A stretch of DNA of 64,000 nucleotides from Dehalococcoidia bacterium (GCA_965116305.1 OZ220673.1:1379362-1443361); one strand, 5' to 3'; counted from the first letter of the stretch, positions 17,384 through 26,605 are shown. The notes: a model not told the origin generated them from the sequence alone. Made by a program: numbers and translations.

Positions 17384-18252
17384 TCCCTGCAGCGTTCACC
17401 TACCACGCGCCTCGGACGCTCCGCGATGCGGTGCGCCTGCTACGCGCCCACGAGGGTGACGCCCGCGTCGTCTCCGGCGGCATGAGCCTCATCCCGGCGA
17501 TGAAGCTGCGCCTCGTGCAGCCCGAGCATCTGATCGACATCGGCAGGCTCGGCGAGCTCGACTACGTCCGGCGCACCGAGGACGGCGGGGTCGCCATCGG
17601 CGCGGGCGCGACGTACCGCAGCATCGAGCGGTCGCGGATGGTCGCGGCGGTCGCGCCGATGCTCGTTGAGACGGTGCGCCAGGTGGGCGACATCCAGGTG
17701 AGGAACCGGGGCACGCTGTGCGGCAGCGCCGCCCACGCCGACCCCGCGGCGGATGCCCCAGCCGCGCTCCTCGCGCTCGACGCCACGCTCCACACGACCG
17801 GCGGGCCGAGCCGCCGCTCGATTCAGGCGCGCCGCTTCTTCGTTGACGCCTACGAGACCGCACTTGGGCCAACCGAGGTGCTGACCGAGATACGCATCCC
17901 GAAGCAGCCCGCGCGTACGGGCTCAACGTACCTGAAGTTCGCGAACAAGGCTTCGCGGTTCGCCATCGTGGGCGTTGCGGCGGCGGTGACGGTCGACCGG
18001 AAGGGCGTCTGCACGCGGGCGCGCATCGCGGTGACGGGCGCAGGGCCGCGAGCGGTGCGCGCCACAGCGAGTGAGCGCTACATCGAGGGGCGGCAGGTCT
18101 CGCCGGAGACGATTGCGGCAGCGGCAGCGCGAGCGTCGCGCGGCATGGAGTTCATCGAGGACGTCCACGGCTCCGAGGAGTACCGCGAGCACCTCACCGG
18201 AGTCATCACCCAACGCGCGCTGGCGGAAGCCGCGCGGCGCGCGGGTGCATAG
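17380..18252 (+). CDS. FAD-binding medium subunit of the xanthine dehydrogenase / CO dehydrogenase family (CoxM/CutM-like)
   Basis: ORF track 17308..18252 trimmed to MIPAAFTYHAPRTLRDAVRLL, with an ATGA overlap with the CoxS-like stop. FAD motif is VVSGGMSLIPAMKLRL. Confidence 0.85.
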   Translation: MIPAAFTYHAPRTLRDAVRLLRAHEGDARVVSGGMSLIPAMKLRLVQPEHLIDIGRLGELDYVRRTEDGGVAIGAGATYRSIERSRMVAAVAPMLVETVRQVGDIQVRNRGTLCGSAAHADPAADAPAALLALDATLHTTGGPSRRSIQARRFFVDAYETALGPTEVLTEIRIPKQPARTGSTYLKFANKASRFAIVGVAAAVTVDRKGVCTRARIAVTGAGPRAVRATASERYIEGRQVSPETIAAAAARASRGMEFIEDVHGSEEYREHLTGVITQRALAEAARRAGA

Positions 18253-18254
18253 CC

Positions 18255-18866
18255 TCAACCCAGGTTGCCCCACTTGTCCCAGTGTGTGACCTCCGACGCG
18301 GGCCGGCGCGTCGTCGGGCCGTAGCGGTGGCCGTCCTGCGGCCAGCCGAGCGGGATCATCGCCGCGGTCACGAAGTCGTCGGGCAGGCCGATGGCCTCGC
18401 GTATCTGCGGCTCGAAGCCCCGGCGGACGCGTGTGGTCAGCACACTGCCGAGCCCGTAGGCACGCGCCGCGAGCAGCATGTTCTGGACGGCAGGGTAGAT
18501 GGAGGCGCCGTTGTGGATGTCCGTGCCCGGATGGCGCGTGACGGCGAGTATCCAGACCGGCACGTCCATGATGTGCTCCCCGAGGTAGTCCGCCGACTCC
18601 GCGGCGCGCCGCTCGGACGCCGTCGCAGCCTCGCCGTGGTTGGGACGCCCCACACCCGCGTAGTGGTCCGCGACGATGCGCTTGGTGACCTCGTCCTTGA
18701 TGACAACGAACCCCCACTGCTGAGAGTTGCCGCCGTTGGGCGCGCGGATGCCTGCCTCGATCACCTTCCGCACGAGGTCGTCCGGCACGGGGTCGGTCTT
18801 CAGGTAGCGCAGCGCCCGCTGCGTGTACATCGCCTCGAATAGTCCTATGTCCTCGCTCATCGCCAC
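18255..18866 (-). CDS. nitroreductase-family flavoprotein
   Basis: ORF track 203 aa containing RALRYLKTDPVPDDLVRKVIEAGIRAPNGGNSQQW. Confidence 0.8.
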   Translation of the reverse strand: MAMSEDIGLFEAMYTQRALRYLKTDPVPDDLVRKVIEAGIRAPNGGNSQQWGFVVIKDEVTKRIVADHYAGVGRPNHGEAATASERRAAESADYLGEHIMDVPVWILAVTRHPGTDIHNGASIYPAVQNMLLAARAYGLGSVLTTRVRRGFEPQIREAIGLPDDFVTAAMIPLGWPQDGHRYGPTTRRPASEVTHWDKWGNLG

Positions 18867-18890
18867 TCCTCGTTTCGTCGTTATGCAGCC

Positions 18891-19088
18891 TCAAAGGTCA
18901 AAGATGGGCATTATCTCCCAGTGCGTCCATACTCCTGTGTCGGTGTTGCACGGTGGCGGAGGGTTGCGGCGAGCATACTCCTGTGCTTCCGCCAGGGTTG
19001 CGTAGGACTCGAGCCAGGACTCTCTCCCGTGCCTCTCGCACGAGGCTATCAACTGATACCTGCTCGGTTCGCCTAACTCTGCGGCCAT
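18891..19088 (-). CDS. small hypothetical protein
   Basis: ORF track 18891..19115. I prefer the internal Met (MAAELGEPSRYQLIASCERHG). No recognisable family. Confidence 0.3.
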   Translation of the reverse strand: MAAELGEPSRYQLIASCERHGRESWLESYATLAEAQEYARRNPPPPCNTDTGVWTHWEIMPIFDL

Positions 19089-19212
19089 CTCCTCCCCTCT
19101 CCTTCTACCATCCACCCCTCTCTTCCTTCACTCCTGACGTGCAGCATTCTATATAGTTCCGTAAACTTACCATCGCGGAGTCCATCCCCGATACCGAACA
19201 CGGAGGAACTCG

Positions 19213-20445
19213 ATGCTGACCAGCGACATGAACGACCGGCTGACGCAGGTGGGGCTCGGCACGCCGATGGGCGAACTCATGCGCCGCTACTGGCACCCCA
19301 TCGCAGCCAGCCTCGAACTGACCGAGGATAACCCCACGAAGGAGATACGCCTCCTCGGTGAGGACCTCGTGCTCTACCGCGACGCCAGCGGCAGGGTCGG
19401 CTGCATCGAGCCGTCGTGTGCGCACCGTAAGGCGAACCTCTCCTACGGCATCCCCGAGGAGAACGGGATCAGATGCGCCTACCACGGCTGGATCTTCAAC
19501 GAGACGGGCCAGTGCGTGGACCAGCCGTCGGAGCCGGAGGGCTCGAAGTTCAAGGAGAAGGTGCGCATCAAGGCGTACCCGGTGGAGGAGAAGGGCGGCG
19601 TCATCCACGTCTATATGGGGCCTGACCCCGTGCCGGTGCTCCCCAACTGGGACCTCTACCAGTGGGAAGGCGTGGAGCGCTCCACCTACGCGGTGATGCT
19701 GCCGTGCAACTGGCTGCAGTGCCACGAGAACTCGCTCGACCCGGTCCACTTCCAGTGGCTGCACCGGTACTACGGGATGTGGCGCGCGTCGAAGATCATG
19801 GGCGAGGAGCGGCGCGACGAGTTCGACCGCATCTCGGCGGCGCGCGGCAAGGCGCACGTGAAGATCGGGTTCGACCGGTTCGAGTACGGGATCATCAAGC
19901 GCCGGATGCTCGAGGGCGAAGACGAGCAGAGCGAGTGGTGGCGCATCGGCCATCCCATCCTGTTCCCGTACACGCTGCGCGTCGGCCAGGGGACGTGGTT
20001 CGAGTTCCAGCACCGGGTGCCGGTCGACGACACTCACACGCTGCACTTCGGCTACACGATCCGCACACCGGAGCCCGGCGAGGTCATCGCGCCCACACCG
20101 ATGACGCACGAGGACCGTCCCGCCTTCTTCGACAACGGGCGCATCAAGGACGACTGGGTCGTGGGGCAGGACCAGCTCGCATGGATCATCCAGGGGCCGC
20201 GCATGGACCGCAGCACGGAGGCGCTGGGCATCACGGACATCGGCCTCATCATGTTCCGCAACATGCTGAACGAGCAGATCAAGGTGGTGGAGGACGGCGG
20301 CGACCCGGTCAACGTCCACCGGGCGCAGCGGGAGATCATCGAGCTGCCGACCGAGTACGCATGGTTCCCCGGCTACGACCGCACCGGCGGCCCGTTCGCC
20401 GACCTCCAGCCCCAACCCGTCGAGCTGGAGCGGAGCCTGCAGTAG
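19213..20445 (+). CDS. Rieske non-heme-iron oxygenase, KshA/phthalate-type (paralog 2)
   Basis: ORF track 410 aa. Motifs are CAHRKANL...CAYHGW and NWLQCHENSLDPVHFQWLH. Confidence 0.9.
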   Translation: MLTSDMNDRLTQVGLGTPMGELMRRYWHPIAASLELTEDNPTKEIRLLGEDLVLYRDASGRVGCIEPSCAHRKANLSYGIPEENGIRCAYHGWIFNETGQCVDQPSEPEGSKFKEKVRIKAYPVEEKGGVIHVYMGPDPVPVLPNWDLYQWEGVERSTYAVMLPCNWLQCHENSLDPVHFQWLHRYYGMWRASKIMGEERRDEFDRISAARGKAHVKIGFDRFEYGIIKRRMLEGEDEQSEWWRIGHPILFPYTLRVGQGTWFEFQHRVPVDDTHTLHFGYTIRTPEPGEVIAPTPMTHEDRPAFFDNGRIKDDWVVGQDQLAWIIQGPRMDRSTEALGITDIGLIMFRNMLNEQIKVVEDGGDPVNVHRAQREIIELPTEYAWFPGYDRTGGPFADLQPQPVELERSLQ

Positions 20446-20451
20446 GGCGGC

Positions 20452-21282
20452 CTAGGTCCCCTGGCCGACCCCGGGGCCGCCGTGCTGCTGCTGGCCGAGG
20501 CGGTTGTAGGTGACCGGCGTCGTGACGAGCAGGCCGGCGTCGACCGGCAGGACGACGCCGGTGATCCAGCGGGCCTCATCGCTCGCGAGGAAGACCGCGG
20601 CCCAGCCGATGTCCCAGGCGGTGCCCTCGGTCCCGAGCACGCCCGCCTCACGGCGTATCTGCCGCAAGTCGTCGTCCATGCGCGGCGCGACCATCGGGGT
20701 GTAGACGAGGCCGGGGGCGATGCAGTTCACGCGGATGCCGTCGCGTCCGTGGTCGCCCGCCATCGACTGCGTGAGGCCCACCACCGCCGCCTTCGACGTG
20801 GTGTACGGCGTGCTGCTGTTCGCGCGCAGGCCCGCGATGGAGGAGAGCGTGATGATGGAGCCGCCTCCACCCTTCTTCATCTCAGGGATGGCGTACCTGG
20901 AGGTGAGGACGATGCTCTTGACGTTCACCGCCATGATGTGGTCCCACTGCTCCTCGGTGACGTCGGTCACGTCAGCGCGAGTCGAGATGCCCACGTTGTT
21001 GTGGACGATGTCCAGCCGGCCGTATCGCTCGACCACCGCGCGCACCATCGCCTCGCAGTCGGCGGCGCTCGTCACGTCGGCGGCCATGGCGGACGCGGTC
21101 CCGCCCTCTTCCTCGATCAGCCGCAGCGTCTCTTCGGCACGTTCGAGCTCACGGTCGACGAGCAGCACCTTCGCGCCCTCGCGGGCGAAGAGGATGGACG
21201 CCGCCTTGCCGTTCCCCACGCCGGGGCCGCTCGACCCCGCGCCCGTTACGATCGCCACTTTGCCTGCGAGCCTGTCTGCCAC
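20452..21282 (-). CDS. short-chain dehydrogenase/reductase (SDR)
   Basis: ORF track 276 aa. Motifs are VTGAGSSGPGVGNG and YTTSK (Y-x3-K). GTG start with AGGAGGAG 5 nt upstream. Confidence 0.85.
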   Translation of the reverse strand: MADRLAGKVAIVTGAGSSGPGVGNGKAASILFAREGAKVLLVDRELERAEETLRLIEEEGGTASAMAADVTSAADCEAMVRAVVERYGRLDIVHNNVGISTRADVTDVTEEQWDHIMAVNVKSIVLTSRYAIPEMKKGGGGSIITLSSIAGLRANSSTPYTTSKAAVVGLTQSMAGDHGRDGIRVNCIAPGLVYTPMVAPRMDDDLRQIRREAGVLGTEGTAWDIGWAAVFLASDEARWITGVVLPVDAGLLVTTPVTYNRLGQQQHGGPGVGQGT

Positions 21283-21283
21283 G

Positions 21284-21499
21284 CTACTCCTCCTCTGGAT
21301 CGCCGTCGTCAGCGGTGAGGCCGCTCACCATGGGGTGCCCCGCGAGCAGGCCGGACATCTCCGTGACCCGCCCCTCGAATATCTTGCCTTCTATCGCTGA
21401 CTCGACCTGCGCATACCAGCCGTCGGCCAGCTTGAACAGCTTGATGGTGAGGTGACCGTCGCGCACGACGATCTCGTCTGCAGCCTCCGGCCACCGCAT
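21284..21499 (-). CDS. small hypothetical protein
   Basis: ORF track 21284..21649, trimmed to MRWPEAADEIVVRDGHLTIKLFKLADGWYAQVES.... Its stop abuts the SDR start. Confidence 0.35.
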   Translation of the reverse strand: MRWPEAADEIVVRDGHLTIKLFKLADGWYAQVESAIEGKIFEGRVTEMSGLLAGHPMVSGLTADDGDPEEE

Positions 21500-21589
21500 A
21501 GGCGCGCCTCCGTTCGCTGTGGGGCATCTTCCGCTACGCGGGGCTGGGGCGCAAGCGGGAGCGAAGACAGCCGATGTAGCATTGTTCGT

Positions 21590-21844
21590 ATGGCAAGAGT
21601 AATCAACTTCTCGATAGACGAAGCGCTCCTCGAACGGCTGGACAACCATGCGGAAGTACGTGAGCGCGGGCGCTCCGCAGTGGTCAGGGAAGCACTTTCC
21701 GACTACCTAGATCGGCAGGCGGCTGAGGAGAAGCGCAAGGAAACCGAAGAGGAGATAAACCGCGCGTGTGCACGGGCGTATGGGCCGGGCATGCCGCCCG
21801 ATGAACTGGAGGATTGGGCTACGGAGGCCGTGTGGCCTGACTAG
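21590..21844 (+). CDS. ribbon-helix-helix (CopG/antitoxin-like) protein, orphan
   Basis: ORF track 21452..21844 trimmed to MARVINFSIDEALLERLDNHAEVRERGRSAVVREALSDYL, a classic RHH beta-strand plus two helices. No toxin gene is adjacent. Confidence 0.6.
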   Translation: MARVINFSIDEALLERLDNHAEVRERGRSAVVREALSDYLDRQAAEEKRKETEEEINRACARAYGPGMPPDELEDWATEAVWPD

Positions 21845-21877
21845 CCCGCGCCCTCCGCTGGCTCACCCCCATCCTAA

Positions 21878-21900
21878 CCTTCCCCCGTCAAGGGGGAAGG
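21878..21900. repeat. REP-like hairpin CCTTCCCCCgtcaaGGGGGAAGG between convergent genes
   Basis: Perfect 9-bp arms read directly. It belongs to the same style of GC-rich hairpins as the clusters at 56.3, 60.1 and 62.6 kb. Confidence 0.6.
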
Positions 21901-21971
21901 GATCAGGCACCTGCTCCCCCACACCGCATCACCGACGCCCTCACCCGCCGCAGGCGCGCTGGAGCGCGGGG

Positions 21972-23237
21972 CTACGCGAAGTTGGCGTCGATCTCCGGTG
22001 CGAGTTGCGCCTCGATGAGCGGTTTGAGGTTTGGCTTGTCGCGGAAGGGGCCGCCGGTGACGTCGTAGCCGGGGTAGTAGGAGTGCTCCTGCGGCAGGAC
22101 GATGACGCCCTTGTCCTCACGGTGGACGTTCATCGGCTCCCCGCCGTCTTCGACGATCTGCATCTGCTCCTCGAGCACCTTGCGGTAGAGGATGATGCCG
22201 ACGTCCGTGACGCCGAGCGCCTCGGTCGTGCGATCGCTGATGGGACCCTGCATGATCCAGGCGGCCTGGTCCTGGCCGAGCACCCAGTCGGCGCGGATGC
22301 GTCCATCGTTCTTGAACACGTTCTCGTACTTGTAGGGAACCTCGGTCTGCTCGACGATCTCGCCCGCCTCGGGGACGCGGATGCGCAGGACGATGTGGTA
22401 GGTGTGGGTGTCGTCCATCGGCACGCGCATCTGGAATCCGTGGTTGCGCTGCTGGCCGACGCGAAGGATGTTGGGGAAGAGGACGGGGTGGCCGATGCGC
22501 CACCACTCGTTCTCCTCGGTGTCGCCCTGCATCAGGCGGCGCTTGATGACGCCGTACTCGAAGCGGTCGAACCCGACCTTCACCTCGTGGCGTCCGCGGG
22601 CGCCCTCGCCCTGCATCTGCTTCTTCCAGGCCTCGCGCTCTTCCGGGGGCTTCTCCATGCCGAGCACGTAGGAGCCCCAGTAGTTGTGGAGCCACTCGAA
22701 GTGCACGGGATCGAGCGAGTTGTCCATGCACTGGAGCCAGTTGCACGGCAGCTCCATGGCGACGACCCAGCGCTCGACGTTGTCCCACTCGAGGAGGTCC
22801 CAGCGCGGAAGCATGGGCACGGGCGCGGGCCCCATGTAGGCGAAGATGATGCCGGCCTTCTCCTGGACGGGGTATGCCTTGATGCGCACCTTGTCCTTGA
22901 ACTTGGAGCCCTCAGGCTCGGACGGCTGGTCCACGCACTGGCCGGTCTCGTTGAAGATCCAACCATGGTACGCGCACCGGATGCCGTTCTCTTCCGGGAT
23001 GCCGTAGGAGAGGTTCGCCTTGCGGTGCGCGCACGACGGCTCGATGAGGCCGAGGGTGCCCTTCGCGTCGCGGTAAAGGACCAGGTCCTCGCCGAGGAGG
23101 CGCACTTCCTTCGTGGGGTTGTCGGCGTTCAGTTCGGCGCTTGGCGCGATGGGGTGCCAGTAGCGGCGGAGTAGCTCGCCCATCGGCGTGCCCGGCCCGA
23201 CCCGTGTGAGACGCTGGTTCTGTGCTGCAGTGAGCAT
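21972..23237 (-). CDS. Rieske non-heme-iron oxygenase, KshA/phthalate-type (paralog 3)
   Basis: ORF track 421 aa. Motifs are CAHRKANL...CAYHGW and NWLQCMDNSLDPVHFEWLH. It shares a 50-aa identical run with paralog 2. Confidence 0.9.
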   Translation of the reverse strand: MLTAAQNQRLTRVGPGTPMGELLRRYWHPIAPSAELNADNPTKEVRLLGEDLVLYRDAKGTLGLIEPSCAHRKANLSYGIPEENGIRCAYHGWIFNETGQCVDQPSEPEGSKFKDKVRIKAYPVQEKAGIIFAYMGPAPVPMLPRWDLLEWDNVERWVVAMELPCNWLQCMDNSLDPVHFEWLHNYWGSYVLGMEKPPEEREAWKKQMQGEGARGRHEVKVGFDRFEYGVIKRRLMQGDTEENEWWRIGHPVLFPNILRVGQQRNHGFQMRVPMDDTHTYHIVLRIRVPEAGEIVEQTEVPYKYENVFKNDGRIRADWVLGQDQAAWIMQGPISDRTTEALGVTDVGIILYRKVLEEQMQIVEDGGEPMNVHREDKGVIVLPQEHSYYPGYDVTGGPFRDKPNLKPLIEAQLAPEIDANFA

Positions 23238-23320
23238 CCGTCACACCTCCGTGGTGAGGTCGTTCGTCCTTCTGTGCTAATGATACTCCCGCGACGCAAG
23301 GGGTTCTGCGCCGCCGGGTA

Positions 23321-24559
23321 TCAGAGACCGTAGTCCGGCGACATCGGCACCTGGTGTGTGAGGTGCACGTCCTTGCCGGTGCGCGACGACTCCATGATGC
23401 CGGTGATGAGCTCCAGCGTCGCCATGCCCCACGGTCCGTCGTGGTAGACGGGCGCGCCGTTCCGCACGGCGTTGTAGAGCTCCATCAGGTCTTCCCTGCC
23501 CGCGTGGTAGCGCGAAATCGTAAGCGAGCGGTCCTCGATGCCGCCGTCCTTGTAGACGTACAGCCCGTAGCGGGACTGCCGCAGGTCGCCTCGCTCACAC
23601 GTCGCGATGAGGATGCCGAGGTTGGTCGGGCGCCAGGGCGGCGTCTCCTTCGGCTGCTCGCGCCAGAAGCGGCGCTCGTGGTCGGAGCCGATGCGGAGCG
23701 AGTCCTTCGCCTCGAACTCGTCGCGCGTGCCGTCCTTGAGTCCGGCGCGGATGCGGATGCGATCGTCGTGGGTGTAGCCCTCGATCAGCCCCCTGCCCTG
23801 CTCGTCGCTCCACGGCACGAGATCGGCGGTCATGGAGTAGCCGTAGCCGTTGTTGGTGACTGTAGCGGTCGCGCCGTTCTCGAACTCCATGAAGGCGGAA
23901 TAGTAGCCGACGGCGTTGCGCTCCGGCCACCACTTGCCCGTGGCGCCGCGTATGGTGCGCACCATGCCGCCGCCGAGCACGCGCAGGCTGTCCAACTGGT
24001 GCGGCCCCTGGCGGTAGAGGACGCCGCCTCCCACGCTCTCGTCCAACTCCTCCGGCTGGCGTGCCTGGAGCATCCAGTCCGTGAACGCCCAGTTGTTGAG
24101 CGCCTTGAGCGGCCCGAGCTCGCCGGAGAGGATGATGCGCCGCATCTCGAGGACGGGCGGGCTGAACCCGAGCGTGTGACCGCAGAGCAGCTTCACGCCG
24201 TTCTTCGCCGCCGCGTCCACCATCGCCTCGGCTTCCTGCATGTTCAGCGCCATCGGCTTCTCGGAGACGGCGTGCTTGCCCGCATTCGCAACGAGCACGA
24301 CGTGCGGGCTGTGGAAGTTGTTGGGCGTTGCGACCCACACGGCCTCGACGTCCGGGTCGGCGCAGAGCGCCTCGGCGCTGTCGTAGACGTGCGCGTCGGG
24401 GAAGCGGGCTTGAAATGCCTCGCGGACGCGGGGGTTCGTGTCCGCCGCGGCCATGAGTTCTATCTCGTCCAGGCTCTCCATGCTGGGCATGATCTGCGTC
24501 GCGCCGACGCCCACACCGATGATGCCCATCTTCAAAGGTCTGGCAGAGCCTGTTGTCAT
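23321..24559 (-). CDS. Gfo/Idh/MocA-family oxidoreductase (paralog 2)
   Basis: ORF track 23321..24988 trimmed to MTTGSARPLKMGIIGVGVGATQIMP, with GGAAGGAG upstream. EKP motif is VSEKPMAL. It is colinear with 14464..15690. Confidence 0.85.
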   Translation of the reverse strand: MTTGSARPLKMGIIGVGVGATQIMPSMESLDEIELMAAADTNPRVREAFQARFPDAHVYDSAEALCADPDVEAVWVATPNNFHSPHVVLVANAGKHAVSEKPMALNMQEAEAMVDAAAKNGVKLLCGHTLGFSPPVLEMRRIILSGELGPLKALNNWAFTDWMLQARQPEELDESVGGGVLYRQGPHQLDSLRVLGGGMVRTIRGATGKWWPERNAVGYYSAFMEFENGATATVTNNGYGYSMTADLVPWSDEQGRGLIEGYTHDDRIRIRAGLKDGTRDEFEAKDSLRIGSDHERRFWREQPKETPPWRPTNLGILIATCERGDLRQSRYGLYVYKDGGIEDRSLTISRYHAGREDLMELYNAVRNGAPVYHDGPWGMATLELITGIMESSRTGKDVHLTHQVPMSPDYGL

Positions 24560-24579
24560 GTCTCGCTCCTTCCGGTTCC

Positions 24580-25635
24580 CTATCCGATGGAGCCGACGAC
24601 TTCCTGGCGCGCGCCCTCTTCCTCGCGGTAGAGGCCCATCGCCTCGATCACCGGCAGGTCGCTCATCGAGAAGAGCACTGCGTCGTCCTGCGAATCGGTG
24701 CCGTGCTCGTGCAGCGCCCACGACGGCAGCACGAAGGTGTCGCCCCTTGACCAGTCGAGCCGCTTGCCGTCGATGATCGAGTAGCCCTCGCCCTTCGCGA
24801 CGTGGTAGACGACGCTGGACGTGTGGCGGTGGGCATCGGTGTGGGAGCCGGGAGCGAGGCGCTGCAGCTTGAGCGCGAGTGTCGGCATGGAGTGTCCGCC
24901 CGTCACCGGGTTGGCGTACTCCATCATCACGCCGTCGAAGGGGTCTTCCTCGCCGTAGCCGAGGAGCGCGCCGTAGGCCTCGTCCCACCGGTAGGTGAGC
25001 GGCAGGGCGCCGCCGTGGACGTCTCCCAGGTTGGGGCGCATGAGGCCGTTGCCGATGGACGCGTTGGTGAAGCCGACGGGCTTGGTCACGGGCTGCACGT
25101 CCTCAGGGAACGGCTCCTGGAACATGGCGTCGAGGTAGCCGACCAGCGGAGCGTCGAGGCAGTCGAGCCAGATGACGGGTTTGTCGGTCGGGTTGTTGTG
25201 GTCGTGCCACGCCCAGCTGGGGGAGAGGACCAGATCGCCCTCCTGCATCCGGAAGCGCTCGCCCTCCTGCACCGTGAAGGCGCCCTCGCCCTCGATGACG
25301 AAGCGTATCGCGGCTGCAGTGTGGCGGTGCGCCTCGGCGATCTCGCCGGGCCAGACGATCTGGACGGCGGCGGACATCGTCTTGGTGGCGCCGGCCATCG
25401 GGTTCTTCAGGCCGGGGTTGCGCATCGTGAGCGCCCGGCGGAAGCCCTGCCCTTTCAGGCTCTCCAGCTCGCCCGCCTGTATCGCGAGCTCGCGCATCTT
25501 GTCCCAGCGCCACACGTGCGGCGCGAGTTTCGGACGCTCAGGGGGGTTCGCGTGCATCACCCACAGCGGGTTGATGTTCTCGTCGTCCAACTCCTGGTGG
25601 TACGCCTTCTCGGTCTCCGGCATCGTCCAGCTCAT
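24580..25635 (-). CDS. gentisate 1,2-dioxygenase-like bicupin ring-cleavage dioxygenase
   Basis: ORF track 351 aa. Two cupins are present, with AEAHRHTAAAIRFVIEGEG and TDAHRHTSSVVYHVAKGEG. N-terminal ...NINPLWV... is as in GDOs. Confidence 0.8.
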   Translation of the reverse strand: MSWTMPETEKAYHQELDDENINPLWVMHANPPERPKLAPHVWRWDKMRELAIQAGELESLKGQGFRRALTMRNPGLKNPMAGATKTMSAAVQIVWPGEIAEAHRHTAAAIRFVIEGEGAFTVQEGERFRMQEGDLVLSPSWAWHDHNNPTDKPVIWLDCLDAPLVGYLDAMFQEPFPEDVQPVTKPVGFTNASIGNGLMRPNLGDVHGGALPLTYRWDEAYGALLGYGEEDPFDGVMMEYANPVTGGHSMPTLALKLQRLAPGSHTDAHRHTSSVVYHVAKGEGYSIIDGKRLDWSRGDTFVLPSWALHEHGTDSQDDAVLFSMSDLPVIEAMGLYREEEGARQEVVGSIG

Positions 25636-25648
25636 CGCAGACCTCCCT

Positions 25649-26509
25649 TTACTCTCTCGCCTGTGCCCTTGCGGACAGTTCGCCTACCTGACTGATATTG
25701 ATGGTAACAAGGTCGCCGGGCCCAACGGAGCCAACGCCCTCCGGCGTGCCCGTGAACACGAGGTCTCCGGGCTCCATGCGGGCCACCCACGACATATTCG
25801 CTATCTGGTTCTTGCAGTCCACGATCATGTCGCGGGTGAACGCGTGCTGGCGGAGCTCCTCGTTCACCCAGAGGTTGATCTCGAGGTCCTGCGGGTCCGG
25901 TATCTCATCCGCCGTCACGATGCACGAGCCTATGGGCGCGAACGTATCGAACGATTTGCGCTTGCTCCTGTCCTCGGGCCCCCGCACGGTCATGTCAAGT
26001 CCGCAGGTGTAGCCGAACACGTGTGAGAGCGCCTCGTCCAGCGGGATCATGCTACCGCCCTTGCCGATGACCATGACCAGTTCGGACTCGTGGTGGATGA
26101 CGCGGTCGGAGTATGGCAACAGGATGGCGTCGTTCGGGCCGGAGACGGCGCTGGACGCCTTCAGGAACATCCCCTGGTCCGACGACACCTGCGGTGCAGT
26201 GCCGCTCCACGGGCTGTCCTGCATCTCCGCTTGGTGCGCCCTGTAGTTCACGGGTTGCGCGTACACCTTGCGCGGCGCAGGCACCGGCGGGAGCAGCCGC
26301 ACCGAGTTGAGCGGCACGCCGCTCTCCGACGCCGCCATCGCCTCCACCTGTGGCCGCAGGCCGTCCCACCGCTCGATGAGGAGCAGCATGCGCATAGGCT
26401 CGAACTCGGCCGGCAACTCCGGCAGCAGGCCGGTCACGTCAACAACGTTGTCGTCGCCGATCAGCACGCCTATGCGGTAGTCGTCGAAACTCACGAGGCG
26501 CATGCGCAC
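25649..26509 (-). CDS. fumarylacetoacetate hydrolase (FAH) family protein (fumarylpyruvate/acylpyruvate hydrolase-like)
   Basis: ORF track 286 aa. Motifs are HHESELVMVIGKGG, GYTCGLDMTVR and DLVFTGTPEGVG. Confidence 0.85.
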   Translation of the reverse strand: MRMRLVSFDDYRIGVLIGDDNVVDVTGLLPELPAEFEPMRMLLLIERWDGLRPQVEAMAASESGVPLNSVRLLPPVPAPRKVYAQPVNYRAHQAEMQDSPWSGTAPQVSSDQGMFLKASSAVSGPNDAILLPYSDRVIHHESELVMVIGKGGSMIPLDEALSHVFGYTCGLDMTVRGPEDRSKRKSFDTFAPIGSCIVTADEIPDPQDLEINLWVNEELRQHAFTRDMIVDCKNQIANMSWVARMEPGDLVFTGTPEGVGSVGPGDLVTINISQVGELSARAQARE

Positions 26510-26605
26510 CCTCCTGTTCGCATATCAGGCATGACGCTAACACCGGCGCGGAGGCGGGGTCAACGCGCGTCGGAGCCGTCGCTGGCGCGCCGACTCCGAC
26601 GCGTA

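Noticed and set aside
26566-26603. 10-bp-arm hairpin (CGCGTCGGAG ... CTCCGACGCG) between the NIPSNAP and FAH genes, considered as an intrinsic terminator
   Set aside because: On the transcribed (minus) strand it is not followed by a U-tract, and the loop is 18 nt. It may be an mRNA-stability or REP-like element, but a terminator call is not supported.
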